This document shows positions 1 through 13,373 of a DNA stretch of 64,000 nucleotides, piece after piece. The notes below the pieces were generated by a model, which had not been told where the DNA came from, did not search any database, and was given only the letters and a program-made list of their open reading frames with translations. The stretch is taken from positions 41,356,001 through 41,420,000 of the forward strand of contig CM052818.1 in assembly GCA_028534125.1 (NCBI GenBank), given 5' to 3'. The translations under genes and the position numbers were made by a program. How positions within the stretch are numbered: position 1 is the stretch's first letter; the number at the start of each line of letters is the position of its first letter. This DNA is from Lama glama (Eukaryota).

Positions 1-494
1 CACTTTCAGTTGATTTATAATTCTCTTTGGCCTTTGATGTCCTCTGTTGGACATTCATCAATGAAAAGAATGTATATCTTGCTCATCTTTGGATCCCTCC
101 ATCTCCTTGGGAAATTTTTTGAATATAATTAGTAAATACTTCTAGACCTGGATTTTCATTATTATCATTAATAGTTTAATATTTATGCTATTTTTATTTC
201 AGCCTTATTGTCTTTGAGCTATCTGAAAATGGTACAGCACAGACCATGGCAATGATCAAAGCAAATCATATAGAATTTTCCTGCTTCTCTAGTTATTATG
301 ATTTAACCATCTTCAGTTTCCTAGGCACTATTTAGAAAAGAGTTTTATTTCTTATACTGTGTATTTTTGTCAATGATGGCATATTGATTAGTTTTGCTCG
401 CCCAAGATATGTTCTGAGAAAGTCAGTCAGTGATACATGAGAGCACTCAGTCCCACACGGTATAAGAACACATTATCTTCCAAATCTCTGGTAC

Positions 495-620
495 CTGAGG
501 AGTCAGGAAAGTTGGGCTATAGCATTGTTCTACCCTAGATTAGTTGTGTGACCTTGAGTATTCAGTTAAATTTCCAGAGCCTTGGATTTCTTATATTTGA
601 AAAGGGTATAGAATGAGCAG
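495..620 (+). mobile_element. MIR SINE fragment
   Basis: Core-like 'tagttgtgtgaccttgagtattcagttaaatttccagagccttggatttcttatatttgaaaagggt' resembles the MIR core. Confidence 0.7.
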
Positions 621-2112
621 ATTACTCCATTGTATTTTTACTCCATCATATTTTGATTATTAATTATATGTGATGAATCCTTTAAAAGAATTTGTTTGGG
701 TAGTATGTATCACATTGTGACATTTTAAAGATAATACAATTAATAGAATATTATTTAGGTATGCTGGTGGTGTTTTAGCTTTATAAACAAGATATCTAAG
801 TTTGACCTGTCATTTCAGAATAATTGGTACATGTATAATTTTTAAACATAGTATGATTTATATGGAAGTTTTCATAGAATCTACAGAAATGAAAAAGATG
901 ATTTATTGGTCTAATTTTTCTAGGAACTCAAGCCTATAGCACATTGGGATTTCTAATTTATGGCTTTCCCACCAAGATTTGCAGATGGAGTTTTGAAGGG
1001 GGAAGTCTTAGGTCATCTCAACATGTTTGGAACACATAACTTGCCAACAGCCAACTCTTCTGCATTTTTATTCCCCAGCAAGCAAGAAGAGCTGTATCCT
1101 AGCTATGCATGTGTTCCCTCATGCATGCACAAAGTTTCATCAAAGATCCATGGTTGGATGCTAATCTTCAAAAGAAACAGAACAAAACATATAAATCAAT
1201 GAAGTGTTATTTGATATTAAATCTGAAGGATTCTTCTAAAAATTGTTTGCACCAGCAACAGAGGGAAATGTTGGCAACTTCAAACTAGAGATCACTGAAA
1301 TACATTTTTCAGATATGAAGTAACCTTTCAATAAGTAGAATCCCCTTTTGTATGAAATGGTGAAAAACTAGGGGAGGAAAGATTTATAGGGACAATTTAT
1401 GCATCCTTAGACCTCTCTCATTTTTGCTTTAGACCTAAGGATGGACAACAGAGGGGAAAAAATGCAAAATGATTAATGTCCTAATTGTATCAGTTGTTAT
1501 AGGCTTGAATATACTCTCCTGTTGCCAAGAATCTGGTACCCATCTGATGGAGGAGAAAAACCACCTCCTTCAACTCCTTCCCTCTTCCTGATGTCTGTCC
1601 TGTGCAAAGTGGGGGAAGGCAGACCCTGAGTCCAGAGATATCCTTCTCAGGAAGTTCTGCAACACCCTCCTTGTTTCGCTTATATAAAGAATGGCTTAGG
1701 AAAGATGTTAAGCCAATCATTGATGTAAACAGAATATACAGAGAGAATTTTTCTGAAAAAGTCTAGCTGACACTAATGAGAATGTCCTCCTACAAGTTCT
1801 GTGAAGATACCAGGAGCTGGCTGCCAACCACATAAACCCAAGTGTAGATGGGTTTGATCAAAAGTTCAGTTAGAAATACTTTATTTCTTGCTGAAGCAAG
1901 ATTTCTGTGTTCTAGGCCCTGAGCTGTAAGTTGAGGGAAATATGCAGCAGGATGTTTTCTGTATACAAAAAAGATATACATGTTGGCTCTACCTCCATAA
2001 ATTAACAAAATGGCACTGGTCCGTGGATTGTGTTATGACAAACCATTAACTTTGCCTCTCTAAGTCCCAGTAGATTCTGTAGAAGATAAATGCCATCTGC
2101 TTCAGAGGACGG

Positions 2113-2365
2113 TGTGTTAGTTGGCTAGGGGTACCATAATAATACCACAGACCAGTGGCTTAAACAAAGGAAATTTATCTTCTCACAGTTCTGGAGGCTG
2201 GAAGTCCAAGATCAAGATATTGGCAGGGTTGTTTTCTGGCGGGACCTCTCTTGCTGATTTGTAGATGGCTACCTTCTCACTGTGTCCTCACAGCCTTTCC
2301 TCTGTGTGGCCAGACTCCTCCTGTCTCTCCGTCTTACAAGGACACCAATCCTATAGAATTATGCC
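2113..2365 (-). mobile_element. MaLR LTR (MLT1A/B-like) fragment
   Basis: 'ggcttaaacaaaggaaatttatcttctcacagttctggaggctggaagtccaagatcaag' is the typical antisense MLT1 3' end. Confidence 0.85.
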
Positions 2366-3137
2366 CTTTGAAAGTTGGAGATTGAGGTTAGTGCATCTAA
2401 GAGCTAGGGATACCTAATTTGTCTTTAAATATGATTTATGAAAACTTCTAGTTTCTAAGCTCCTAGCATAAAACCACTTAACCTTGAAAACAGCAAACAT
2501 TCACATACTCAGTTCAGATGCTGGCAGGAAAACACTGCCCTTCAGGTTTGGAGGGGCATGTACAGGGCCTGAGAGTGCACACATTCCCCTGGCTCCCTGA
2601 GATGCTCCCTGAGGAGGACAGACTCTGAACTCCCAAGCAGAGCCTGCTTTGTCTGGACAATGAAGAGTAGTTAACTCCAGCCTCCTAGTTATTTACCCTT
2701 TTCTCTCATCTTTCATGGCCTTTGGCTCTTGTGAATCTCACCCACTAATTCTACTTTTCACTATGGATCTGCCATAAAACAAATACACCTCAGAATGTAT
2801 AAATCATTGAGCTGAAGACTTAGAGCTAGAAGGAAAAGTGGTGATGGCATATTCAATACATTAAAAATGAATAGAATCTCCGCGAGATGCAGTATATTCC
2901 CTGAGAATACTCAACATCTCAGTTTGTGATGGGGATGTGATTAAAAAGCACATCTCCTGAGTCCCAGACCAGGCTGTGGTTATAAATAGTGAGAACTAGG
3001 TTTAATTTTATTCCCTACACCAAGCCTATTATAATTTGCATGGTTAAGTGAAACACTGAAAAAAAAAGATATTCATGAGAATAAAATGGAAAAATGTGCT
3101 GGATCTTCATACTTGTTTAAAGATCTTTTCAAACTGT

Positions 3138-3660
3138 TGTAGGCAGAATTCTCAGCTGGTCCCCAAGATTTCCTCCCCATATAATTCTTTCTCTTTGAGT
3201 GTGGGCAGGACTTGTGAAGATGATAGGACATTGTTCCCATGAGTAGCTTGCCATGTACGCCAAAGTTTAAGGGATTTTGCAGATGTAATTGAAGTCCCTA
3301 ATCAACAGATTCTGAGCCAGTCAAAGGGGAGATTGTCCTCGTTGAGCCTAATCTCACCAGTTGAGTTGTTAAGGAAGTCAGAGAGATCTGAAGGGAGATT
3401 CTCCTGCTGACCTTCAAGGAGCAGGCCACTCTAAGTTCTGCAGATTCAAGATGAAGAATTATTTCAATAATCATGTGTAATTAGAAGAGAATCAGAGTAT
3501 CAGATGAGACTGTGGTCCTGGCTTGTGAGACCCTGAGAAAAGAACCAGGCTAGTTCATGCCCAGACTCCTGACCCACAGAAACTGTGAGGCAATAAACGG
3601 TTGTTGTTTTAGCTTCCAAGTTTACGATGATGTGTTACATGACAATTTACAGCTAACACA
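3138..3660 (+). mobile_element. MaLR LTR (MLT1E/F-like), apparently full length
   Basis: Starts tgtaggcagaattc; contains 'gggattttgcagatgtaattgaagtccctaatc', 'cacagaaactgtgaggcaataaa'; ends 'ctaacaca'. Confidence 0.85.
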
Positions 3661-4114
3661 GATTCCGGTACCTGGAAGTGGAGTGCTGCTGTAACAAAAA
3701 TCTGAAACTACACGAGAGCAGCTTTGGAACTGAGCAGTGGACAGAGAGACTGGACGAATTTTGAGGCGCATAGCAGAGAAAGCTGGAATGCTCTTAAAGA
3801 GATTATTGGAAGAAATGTGAACTTTGAGGATGCTGCTAGTGAGGGCTTAGAAGGAAGTGCAAAACCTGTTATCAGAAACTGGAGGAAGGCTACTCCTTAT
3901 TATGTAGTGGTGGAAAGCTTAATGAAATTGCCCTGCAGTTATGTGGAAAGCAGAACTTACATGTGCTAAACCTGGTTATTATATTAGTAAAGGAGGTTTC
4001 TAAGCTGTTGCCTGTTTTCTTCTTGTTGCTCATCGTAAAATATGAGAGGAGAGAGATACACTGAGAGACGAACTGTTAAAAAACTAAAACAGGACCATAT
4101 AATTTTGAAAATTT
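3661..4114 (+). mobile_element. MaLR internal (MLT1-int) 5' part, directly after the LTR
   Basis: 'gattccggtacctggaagtggagtgctgctgtaacaaa...gcagctttggaactgagcagtggacagaga' matches the start of MLT1-int. Confidence 0.75.
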
Positions 4115-4297
4115 GGCCTGTAGGCAGGTTTTGTACAGCTCCTGAGCTAAGAATGGTTTTTATATTTTAAAAGAACTTATTTTAAAAAAAGAAAAGACAA
4201 TGGAAGAATATGCAACAGAAACTGCATGTGGCTTGCAAAGTCTAAAATAATTACTATCCAGCCCTTTACAGGAAAGGTTTGGCCATCTCTGTCCTAG
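4115..4297 (+). mobile_element. hAT-Charlie MITE, MER58-like
   Basis: 'gagctaagaatggtttttatatttt...tgtggcttgcaaagtctaaaataattactatccagccctttacaggaaaggtttg' resembles MER58. Confidence 0.75.
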
Positions 4298-4889
4298 AAG
4301 ATGAAAGTAAAATCTCTCAGAGTAAGTCAGTAGGTCTCTGGGATGCCTTTACAGTCATAGTAGGATGGAGATGACAGGATGAGCCAGGTGTTGGGTGATA
4401 CATTCTGAACAAAGGAGAAAGAACTTTAATGGCATCATCTAGTGATGGGAAGAAAATTTAGGAGACTCTGGCCCATTTTCCAGTCTTTAGTTAGAGCTGC
4501 ATCTAATCCAGTTCAGAAAAAAAAAGTCTTCAGCCATAACTTGGACATCATCTGTCTAATATATTAAAGAAAGGTATCAGTAAAATAAACTTTGATGACT
4601 TTGTGGCTATATTTGGAAGTTTGGATTCTGGTGACCTCAGGAGGCTCATGAAAAAAAAGACATATATAAAGACACTTGGTTTTGTTTTCAAGGTATCTCT
4701 TACTGGAGAACATTTTCTGAGTCTCCATGTACAGTAGAGATATAATAAAATTGACAAAGAAGAAACAATGTGTATGTGGAAGGGGGTTGGGATGGCAGTG
4801 TGATTAATGGAAAGAACCGTGGCCTTGGATTCAAGAGACTTGGGCCTGTCATTAACCATTTCCTCATTTTAACTTCTCCATGTGTCAAT

Positions 4890-5070
4890 AGATAAACAAG
4901 TTTATACTGTATAGCACAGGGAAATATATTCAATATCTTGTAGTAGCTTATGGTGAAAAAGAATATGAAAATGAGTACATGTATATTCATGTATGACTGA
5001 AGAATTATGCTGTACACCAGAAATTGACACAACATTGTAAGCTGACTATACCTCAGTTTAAAAAAAATAA
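4890..5070 (+). mobile_element. Young lineage-specific L1 3' end (5'-truncated) with TSD
   Basis: 'tgtatagcacagggaaatatattcaatatcttgta...gctgtacaccagaaattgacacaacattgtaa' plus A-tail; flanked by taa(c/t)ttctccatgtgtcaat at 4870-4889 and 5071-5090. Confidence 0.9.
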
Positions 5071-5112
5071 TAATTTCTCCATGTGTCAATTGGAGAGAGA
5101 GCTGAAATGGAC

Positions 5113-5325
5113 CAGTGGGTTTCAAACTAAATTCAGAAACGCATAGGGTAGCCAGGAGGTACTTCAAGAACCATCATGAGGTACAAGGAGGAAGAAGAAC
5201 ATGCAGTCTCAAGGTCCCCACTACCTGTTCAATCCGAGAAGCTCTGCTGTTATATCTTACATGTTTCAGATTTTAGATAAAATTTCTTATTAAAGAAAAG
5301 ATTCTACTGTCTAAAAGTAAAGATC
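5113..5325. mobile_element. hAT MITE, MER103-like, nested in a MIR3-like relic
   Basis: 'cagtgggtttcaaact...ctctgctgttatatc...aagaaaagattctactgtctaaaag'; MIR3/L3-like flanks at about 4805-4890 and 5330-5370. Confidence 0.5.
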
Positions 5326-5889
5326 CTTAAGTTTGGTTCTATCTTTTTCACTCTAAAATTCTGTGATGTATTGCTCTCCCCTGTAAGCCAGCTCAGTAGA
5401 GGGGAAGGAGGTGGTCTGGAGCCATGGAGAAGGCAGATGTCTCTAAGGGAACTTCTTTATCCAAACCTCCAGGATTCTGAGTCTGTGCAGATCAGAGTTC
5501 AGTTAAAGCCAATAGGCAGAACCCAAGATTTCAAAATCTCCAAGGTCAAGAGTTGTTTTTTTCCCCAGGTCAGGCAGATTTAGGATTCTAGACTAGTAAT
5601 CTGGGTAGCAGTGAAGTAAGAGTCTAGACCAGGTGCCTAGGCAGCAACAACATCTCAGTGGTGGAATATCTACCATTCCTGGTGGGACGCTCTTTATATA
5701 TATTCCCTCTGTTGGGCTCAGTGGTAAATCCCAGACCAAGGACAGCCTGTAACACAGCATCTTCTCATCCTTGTCAAGTTCCAGAACATAAATCCTACAG
5801 CGTTTAATCTGGAGACACCCTTAAGGATTCTCTGTTCAAACCACCCCATTTAACAAATTAAAAATCTAAGGACAAGGACAGAGACTAAT

Positions 5890-6295
5890 TTATTATTTAG
5901 GATATAAGCTAAGCTGCTGTAACCAAAGATTCAAAAAACCAGAAATGACTTAAGCAAAACAGAATTTTATTTCTCTATTTTGTGGGAGTACAAAACTGGG
6001 CAGCCCAGACCTGAGGAGCTACCCTGCTGCTTTCGCCCACATTCGACTTTTGTCTCTGGGGTCAAGGCAGCCGGTGACAGGGGAGAGAGGAAGTGGAAGG
6101 CAAGTACCTTTCCCCTTAAGCTCATCACCCAGAAGTGGCATCCTCTCTGCCAGAATGTAGTCACATAGCCACACCCAGTTGCGAGGGAGGCTAGATATAT
6201 AATCTCCACCCAGGAAGCCCTGTGACAACTTGGAAAGTTCTATCACTTAGAAATAAGAAAGAAAATGGATATTGTGATGCAAATAGTCTGTCACA
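5890..6295 (-). mobile_element. Old MaLR LTR (MLT1J/K-like)
   Basis: 'aagctaagctgctgtaaccaaaga...tagtcacatagccacacccagttgcgagggaggctaga...aatggatattg'. Confidence 0.7.
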
Positions 6296-7659
6296 AACAA
6301 GATCCTAAAAATAAAGGAGAAACTTTAAAACTTTTTGTTCTCATTTCACAGCCATGGAAATAGAATATGAGTCTCTTGAACCACAAAATAGAGGAACTTG
6401 AAGGTAACTAAAGACCCTCTAGATCAAGAGCCTCAACTTATGAAATCTGTCTAAGAAAGAGAAAATTACTTGATTAATATGCCACTAATGGTGGAGCTGA
6501 CGTATGTCTGTTAGCCTGCCCTCCACCACCATGCATAAAGGCCACAGCACTTAGCATAGGGCAGCACTACTTCAGATATTGAAGAAAAAGTAGAAAGAAA
6601 GAAGAGATGGTGAGAAGAGAGGGGGGAAAACAAATAAAAGGGAAAGAAAAGGAAGAAGAGAAGAAGAGAAAGACTAAATGAAAGGAATGACTAGAGATAC
6701 TGGCCTAGATGATCTGCTTCTTGGAATCTCACCTGTGTTTCCCTTTTTCCGCTTGTCCTCTTTATCTTGAGCATGGCTGCATTAGGGCATTGGGACGTCC
6801 CTAGTGCTGATTATAGCCTGGCTCTTAGCTGCCTAGACACGGCAGTGCACTGGCACACCACAAAAGACTTACATGAAAGATAGCGTAGTCCTGACCAAGG
6901 ATGCTATCAGATATGGAGAGGGACACTGGGATGTGGTGGTCACCATCACTGTGAGTGAATTGTACCAGATGCGCAAGCTTTGGTCACATAGGGTGAACAA
7001 TCAGAAGTCCCAGGACAAGGCAGGAGCAGGCGTCAGGCAGGACTAGCTCAGGGATGCAGGCAGTCTTGATCAACAATTCATCTTGAGACTGATCTGGCCA
7101 GTGAGGAAGTTGAACTAGTGATAACTGGATATCATCAGTAAGAATTCTAGGACAGGAAGGGGCCATGAGCTCTGAATGGACACGATTTCTACTTAAAGCT
7201 ACAACTCTTAGAAAGGTCAGGACATATAGAGATTCGCTGGAGATAATGTATAATTCAAAAATCCACGTCTTCTTTCCATCTCATACCTGTATGTAGATCT
7301 TGCACTGGGTCCTGGATCCTGAGCCAGATCAGTGGACAGGAGAAGAGAGGTTATTTCGCTTGAAGAGGATAGAAGATGGTACACAATGGAGGCTTTGGCA
7401 TTTTTTAAATCAAAGGAACTATTTGTGATCCTAGGAGTGATCTAAACATTGGGACAGTCCTTTGTCCATCTGGAGACCACAGAGGTAGTGGTGATTTGTG
7501 GCTGCCTGGATTCCAGAGGAGTATTCTTATTGTGCCAAAATAGATCATGCTCCCACAAATCCTAACAGGAAGATAATGAGACAGCAAGAATATCTGATGA
7601 GAAAAAGTAACCAAACAAACTAAATGTCCCTCTAGATCTCAATAACTCCTAATGATAGC

Positions 7660-7850
7660 GAGTACTCATTTCTTACCAATTCTAAACACTTCACACATAC
7701 CACTCTGTGATACTTTTACACATATTTTAAGTGAGAATATGGCACAAAGGTTAAGTGAATGGTCTAGAGCTATTTGGCTATTAAGCAGTGGAGCTGGGAT
7801 TTGCACCTAGACTAGTTGGTTTCCTCAGCCTGCCTGGCTGACCACTCAAC
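7660..7850 (-). mobile_element. MIR SINE
   Basis: 'ggcacaaaggttaagtgaatggtctagagct...agtggagctgggatttgcacctagact' is the antisense MIR core. Confidence 0.7.
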
Positions 7851-9914
7851 TCTTCTGTTTGTCAATATTGATATTTTTTTCTGTCTTGGCTTCTTTTTAT
7901 CCATCAATCATTTCCTTTAGGCTATTCTGTCTCATCAGTGAAAAAAAGGAAGTCATTTATTGACAGGTACTGTGCTGATTTCGGACCTTTACCTCGTGCC
8001 AAGCGTACAGTCAGTATCTTGAAAATGCTTGACTGACGAATTAGTGACGTTAAACCTTCACAGTCCAGTTAAAAATTCTCTGAACATTATTACTGAAGGC
8101 AAATGTGAGAGCATTCTCACCAATTTCCTTTTCTACTTACAAGTAAATTGCTCAGGCATTATATTAAGAACTAACAGCATCAGCTGTCATCCTGCCTCCG
8201 GGGCTAAAGTTAAAGGAGCGCCCATCAATAACCAGACCACAGCCACCGTGACCCGGGCTGACACCAGCGAGCCATCCTGGAAGAGTGAGCTTCGTTTTGG
8301 CTTCTTTTGTTGGCAGCATTTCACCTTTCAGTCAGTTTCATCTTTTACTCACTGGGATATTGTGTTGCTAAGACCTAAGATTAGTTGCTCGTGGAAGAAG
8401 GAGTGGGCGTTTGCAGCAGGCTCTGTTAAAATCATTACCCATTCTCCTCCCAACACTGCCTGGACCGAATGCCTGGATTCGTGACTGTGCTTTCAAAAAG
8501 CAGCGCTCAAATCCATAATCCCATCCTTTAAAATAGATCTTTCTAGATGAAGAAGGAAAAGTGGAAAACAGTTCCTTCGCAGTTATTTTGGGCAAGTGAC
8601 CTGAGAATATAAAGGGCACCCTTTATTGAATGAATGTGTGGACTGAAAAACGTTTAAGGAATTCTACATCATCAAGACCCTTCCCCAAAGGACTGGCCTT
8701 CTGCCAAAGACAGTTTCCTTCTCCTCTCCTTCCTTCTCCTTAATACCTTAATACCTACCTTCCTCTTGTAAAAGCCGCCGACTCCAGCATGTTTTTCTTC
8801 GTCCAGCTTTTCCATTCATTCATAAATCACTTAATAAAAGCTTCTGTTGATCAAGATCCATGTGAAATTGGAAGGCAGAGTTCATATAGATGCGGTCCTT
8901 GAGCACAAGATGATCTTTTGGCGTCTATACCTTGACTTGATGTTTCAGTGTGAACTTGTTGATTTGTATTCTAGGCAGGCCTTGAACGTTACTGAAGTTC
9001 ACAGGGCTGGCTTGTCAAGACCCCTTCCCTCTAATGGCAGAATTGATCACAGGAAGTACCTTTCTCATTTCGTGAATCTGATACCCTGGCCACAGTTCAT
9101 TGGGCTAAAGATGTATGTCTGTCCATAGACTGGAGAACTCATCAGGATGTATCTCTTGAGAAGCCTAAAGAGGGGTTAATCAGCAAAAACAAAAGTGGGT
9201 AGAAAAATATAATATATACATTGTTCATTCCACCAACAATAAATTAAGTAGGCATCCTTTGTTAGTCAGCAAAGCATAATAAGCCCCCCACCCCAGCATC
9301 TTCAGGCAACTTAACCTTGAATTAATCTGGGCAGCAAGCTTGGCATTTGTCGAGCAGTCCACTGGGAAAGAGTGATTTCATTTCCAAGGACTTCACCAAA
9401 GTGAGGGCCTAACCATTTAATTTTTCTAGAGGAGTCTTGAAAAATGTCTTGGCATTGAACAATCTGAAAGTATTTGTAATTCTTATTAACTATGAAGTTA
9501 TACCTATACATAAGGGACTTTCTAACATTCATTAAATGGCCAAAGTAAATTGAAATTATATAGGGAATGACATCGTTCATTAATTCATTCATTCATTCAA
9601 CAATGAACATAAAACAATTCATAAAGCAATGAATAAGGCAGATATGCTTCTGTCCGTATCAAGCTTACAGTGTCAGTTCCTGGGGAGTCCAAGTTCTGGT
9701 TTCTCTGGATCTCTGGAGTCCATGAGAAAGCTCTGTTCTGAGTCCCAGCTGATCTTCAAGGGCAAATTTTGTATTTCATACCACCCAGTCCAGCATCCTG
9801 GTAGAGTTTAGAAGAACTGGCTTTGAAGTGACGACATCTGGGTGTGAATCTCAGCTCTGCTACTTGCCAGCTCTATTACTTTAGACTAGTTACCATAATT
9901 ACTTACAAACACTA

Positions 9915-10090
9915 TGTCAGCTACTGCTGCACAAGAAACCACCCCACACCTTAAAGGCTTAGCACAGCAGTCATGAATTTTTTTCTCAGGAGATGTTGGC
10001 TCAGCTGGGGCTCAGCTGCTCTGGGAACACCTGCTAGCCTGGGCATGTTCTCATGGAGACAGCAGAGATTCAAGAGTTCCTGATCTGCAG
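9915..10090 (-). mobile_element. Old MaLR LTR fragment (MLT1G/H-like), preceded by a MIR piece at about 9810-9900
   Basis: 'gtcagctactgctgcacaagaaaccaccccacaccttaaaggcttagcacagcagtcat'. Confidence 0.55.
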
Positions 10091-11399
10091 GACTGGGTTA
10101 GATGATGTGTGTGCTTACCTCATGGTCTCCACCATGGCAGTTGTTACTATCACTTCAAGTTTCCCCTTTGCCATTTGGGCGGCTTTCTTGGATGTCATCT
10201 TGGTCCACCATCCACTGACTCCTCCCTGCCTCTTACCTTCTTACCACATGGTTGAAGCTCACGCTTTCTCAGGTTTGAAGGGTCTGGACTCGATTTGTAG
10301 TTATGGGACATTCTCTGAATCACCTCTGGAAGAACCTCTTGCCCAGAACTCCACATTTTCCTTCCTGGCCTTGCCTCCCAGCTGGAGCACTGCCACAGTG
10401 ACCAGTTCCCCTCTGGCAGCCCAGCTGACAGGTGACATTCACAAAGAAAGATGCTAAAGAAGGGTAGCATCACTCCTGTTGCAAATGCATGGTATAGATT
10501 TTTACAATGTATCCTCAGAACAGTGTATAAGGATACAATAGAGGAAGGAATTGTTGGCATGTATTAAGTCTGCTCTGGAAAATATCAGGTGTCCTTCTAG
10601 GGGCAAGTCCTTTAGCCTATGATGGAGAGAGGACAAAAGACACAAAAAAATAAGAGGAGTTTAGTTTATGTAGTTTCTGCTTCCAAATTTGCCAGACAGT
10701 TGATTCCTCCTCCAGTAGAGGGAAATGGGAGAGGAGCTGCAGAAATGCAAGGAGGAGACTTAATAATTGAAGTGTCTCTTGGTAGACCAAACCAGAGAAA
10801 AGGAGAAGCCCATTGTCCCTATTCCAACAGCAAATGCAGATCACAGCACTTTAGAATTCTCCTGTATGTCCCACTGACTTCTGGGGGTTTGACAATTACC
10901 CTAAGACAGAAGGTTTAGATGTCCCATCATCTGCATTTTGTCACGCATTAGTCATTTCATCAATAAAGGAGATCTGTCCTGTAGGATTTCATGACCTACT
11001 AGGGAATTAGTTTTCTATTTTCTAAATACAATTTGGAAAGCTTAAACTTTCATGGGTGAGGATGATATTACTCCCCACCTCTGCATTTCTGTGACTGTCA
11101 GAACCACATCATCAAGTAATACACGACTATACAAAAGGTAACTATTTATGCCCACGCTCCTGCTGTAACCCTGAGAAAAGGGAATCCTTCTGATGCCTAC
11201 GTAAGTCTGAGTCAAAACATGTTCTGTCTTGAACATGAGTTTGTGGACGTCTTCTCCACGGGGAACATTTTTGTATTCACAAGGATAATGAAATGTCCCT
11301 GGGCTGTGTCCTGCCTATGTCTTTGTCCTTTCTAAGTAACCATGTGATCGTCAAACAGCCATGACTTCTAGGAGGGAGAGTACTGGCCGTACTAGCAGT

Positions 11400-11510
11400 G
11401 GAGGTTTACAGAGGTTGCATGATTTGCCAGAGGTCACAGTGTAAGTAACTTCCAGAGCTGAGACTCAAATCTACAACAATCTGATTCCAAGTGTAGTGCT
11501 TTTGGCCAAG
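11400..11510 (-). mobile_element. MIR SINE fragment
   Basis: 'cagaggttgcatgatttgccagaggtcacag...agagctgagactcaaatct...tctgattccaag'. Confidence 0.7.
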
Positions 11511-12226
11511 AGAATATTTCAATATTTCTCCTTGGGTCATGAAAATCCTCCATTTGTTGATGTTCTGAAGCAATAAATAAATTAGAAATGAGTATGGACA
11601 CTTGCAGAATGAAGTCCGTAATATGTATAAGATATACATGTAGCTTCATTAAGTTGATCCCCCTCCTAAGGGAAGGGGATGGAAAGGGCATCATTTAGCA
11701 AAATCAGACAAACATTAGTTGAGCAGAAGTTTTCCCTCCCTGCAAGCCCCAGTATGAGTTTTCAAAGCAGGGGGCCGCAGTTTTCTTCACAGGCGGGTGT
11801 TTTGTGTCATCAGTTTCTCAGTCATATCAACTAGAATTGCCGGGGTGAGAAGTAAGCATGGAAATTAATTGACCTCCTGGTGACAGCCTCCCACCATGAC
11901 CCCAGACTGTTCAGGGTGACCAGCTCCCAACACACTGGACAGAAGGGAATTGTGAACACACTTTGCTGATCACCTGATGTCAAGCAATGTGAGCACTGTT
12001 ATCTTGCAGTGACAGGAGACACAGGGAAAGAAGCTTTCTCTGAGTCTTCTTGGCCCTTCCTGGACATGTGCATGTGAGCTTTTCTTATCTTCACAATACG
12101 TTTGGATTGAATTCGATAGGCTAAGATGTGAAGCAGTCTGCTCAAACATCCCACAAACAGGAGTGGGTCCTCAGTGACATGTCGCTGTACAGAGGTATAA
12201 GCCCCTAGGGTGAAACTAGTACACAA

Positions 12227-12250
12227 ACACACACACACACACACACACAC
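12227..12250. repeat. (AC)12 microsatellite
   Basis: Direct read. Confidence 0.95.
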
Positions 12251-13344
12251 TCCATCCCTGGAAATCCCTTTTCTGTATATCTTTATTATGTTTTCTCTGG
12301 GGCTTGCAAAGTCTAAGCACATGCAGGACCTCACAGCATCCCTGCAGGGCAAGCAATGCAGATGAGTTAGCCCTTGTCACAGGCAAGGGGACCATACCAT
12401 CTTCCTGGGAAGGGTAGATGCTCAGTGACTCGCTAAGAGGGTTTGGCCTTATTGAGATCTGCAAGGAACAGAAAGAGTGACAAGTAGGCAATGTTTGGAA
12501 TGTGGGCAATGTATTTTCTCAATCAGTTTATCAGTTGACCAGTAAGAGCCATTAGAGACCATTAACATCATAGCTTCAGTTTCAAAATTAGAAGAATAAA
12601 GAAAGTAAGAAGAGGAAAAAAAAGACTGAAGAGGGGAAAGACATGGTGAATGTTTGTGTATGCGTGTGTGTTGTATATTTCTATAAACACATATGCTTTA
12701 GTTCAGTTACAATATATTTACCCTTTTGAAATTTGGGGACACTTGAGAACTATATGAATGCATGACTTACTATAAATTTTGTAGTGCTTTATAGTTGTAA
12801 TCACAATACTCGGTCCTTTATGAAACACAGATAAAGGAGTATTTATGAACACTTAGCATAGAATTAGAAATCTGGAGACCTCGGTTCAAGAACTGAAAAT
12901 TGCCCATAAGTAGGTAGCTCTGTGAAGCCAAGCAAGTTTATTTTTCTTAATTTTTCTGTACCTTATTTTTTTGCTATAGAAGTTGTATAACTGCGTGCTT
13001 GTACCTTGGAAGATCAAAATAAGATAATAAGTGAGGATGCATCTTGGAAGGGAAAATGTCTTCCTTATATTCAGGGGACTATTATTAAGCATAGTAATAA
13101 TGCCTTGAAATAATAGAGTATGAAACACTCATCCCAGAGTGAACTCAAATACACAACCTCACTTGATCTTCAAACTGGTGAACCTGTTTCACTTTGAAAT
13201 GTCCAAATAGTTACAATGGCTGCTGCTGGTGGACCTCCATCTTCAAGAGAGAATTTAGAGAGAATCAGCATTGCATTCCTTCCTATTTTGGCCTTAGGTG
13301 TAAGAAATGAGTTGGCTCCAGAGATCTGGCCACTGGGGTTAGGT

Positions 13345-13373
13345 TGTGTGTGTGTGTGTGTGAGAGAGAGAGA
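13345..13373. repeat. Compound (TG)n(AG)n microsatellite
   Basis: Direct read. Confidence 0.95.

Noticed and set aside
4548..5167. 103-aa and 155-aa ORFs
   Set aside because: They run antisense through L1 and MIR repeats
8029..8484. 151-aa ORF
   Set aside because: Non-ATG start inside an L2-like tail; no recognisable homology
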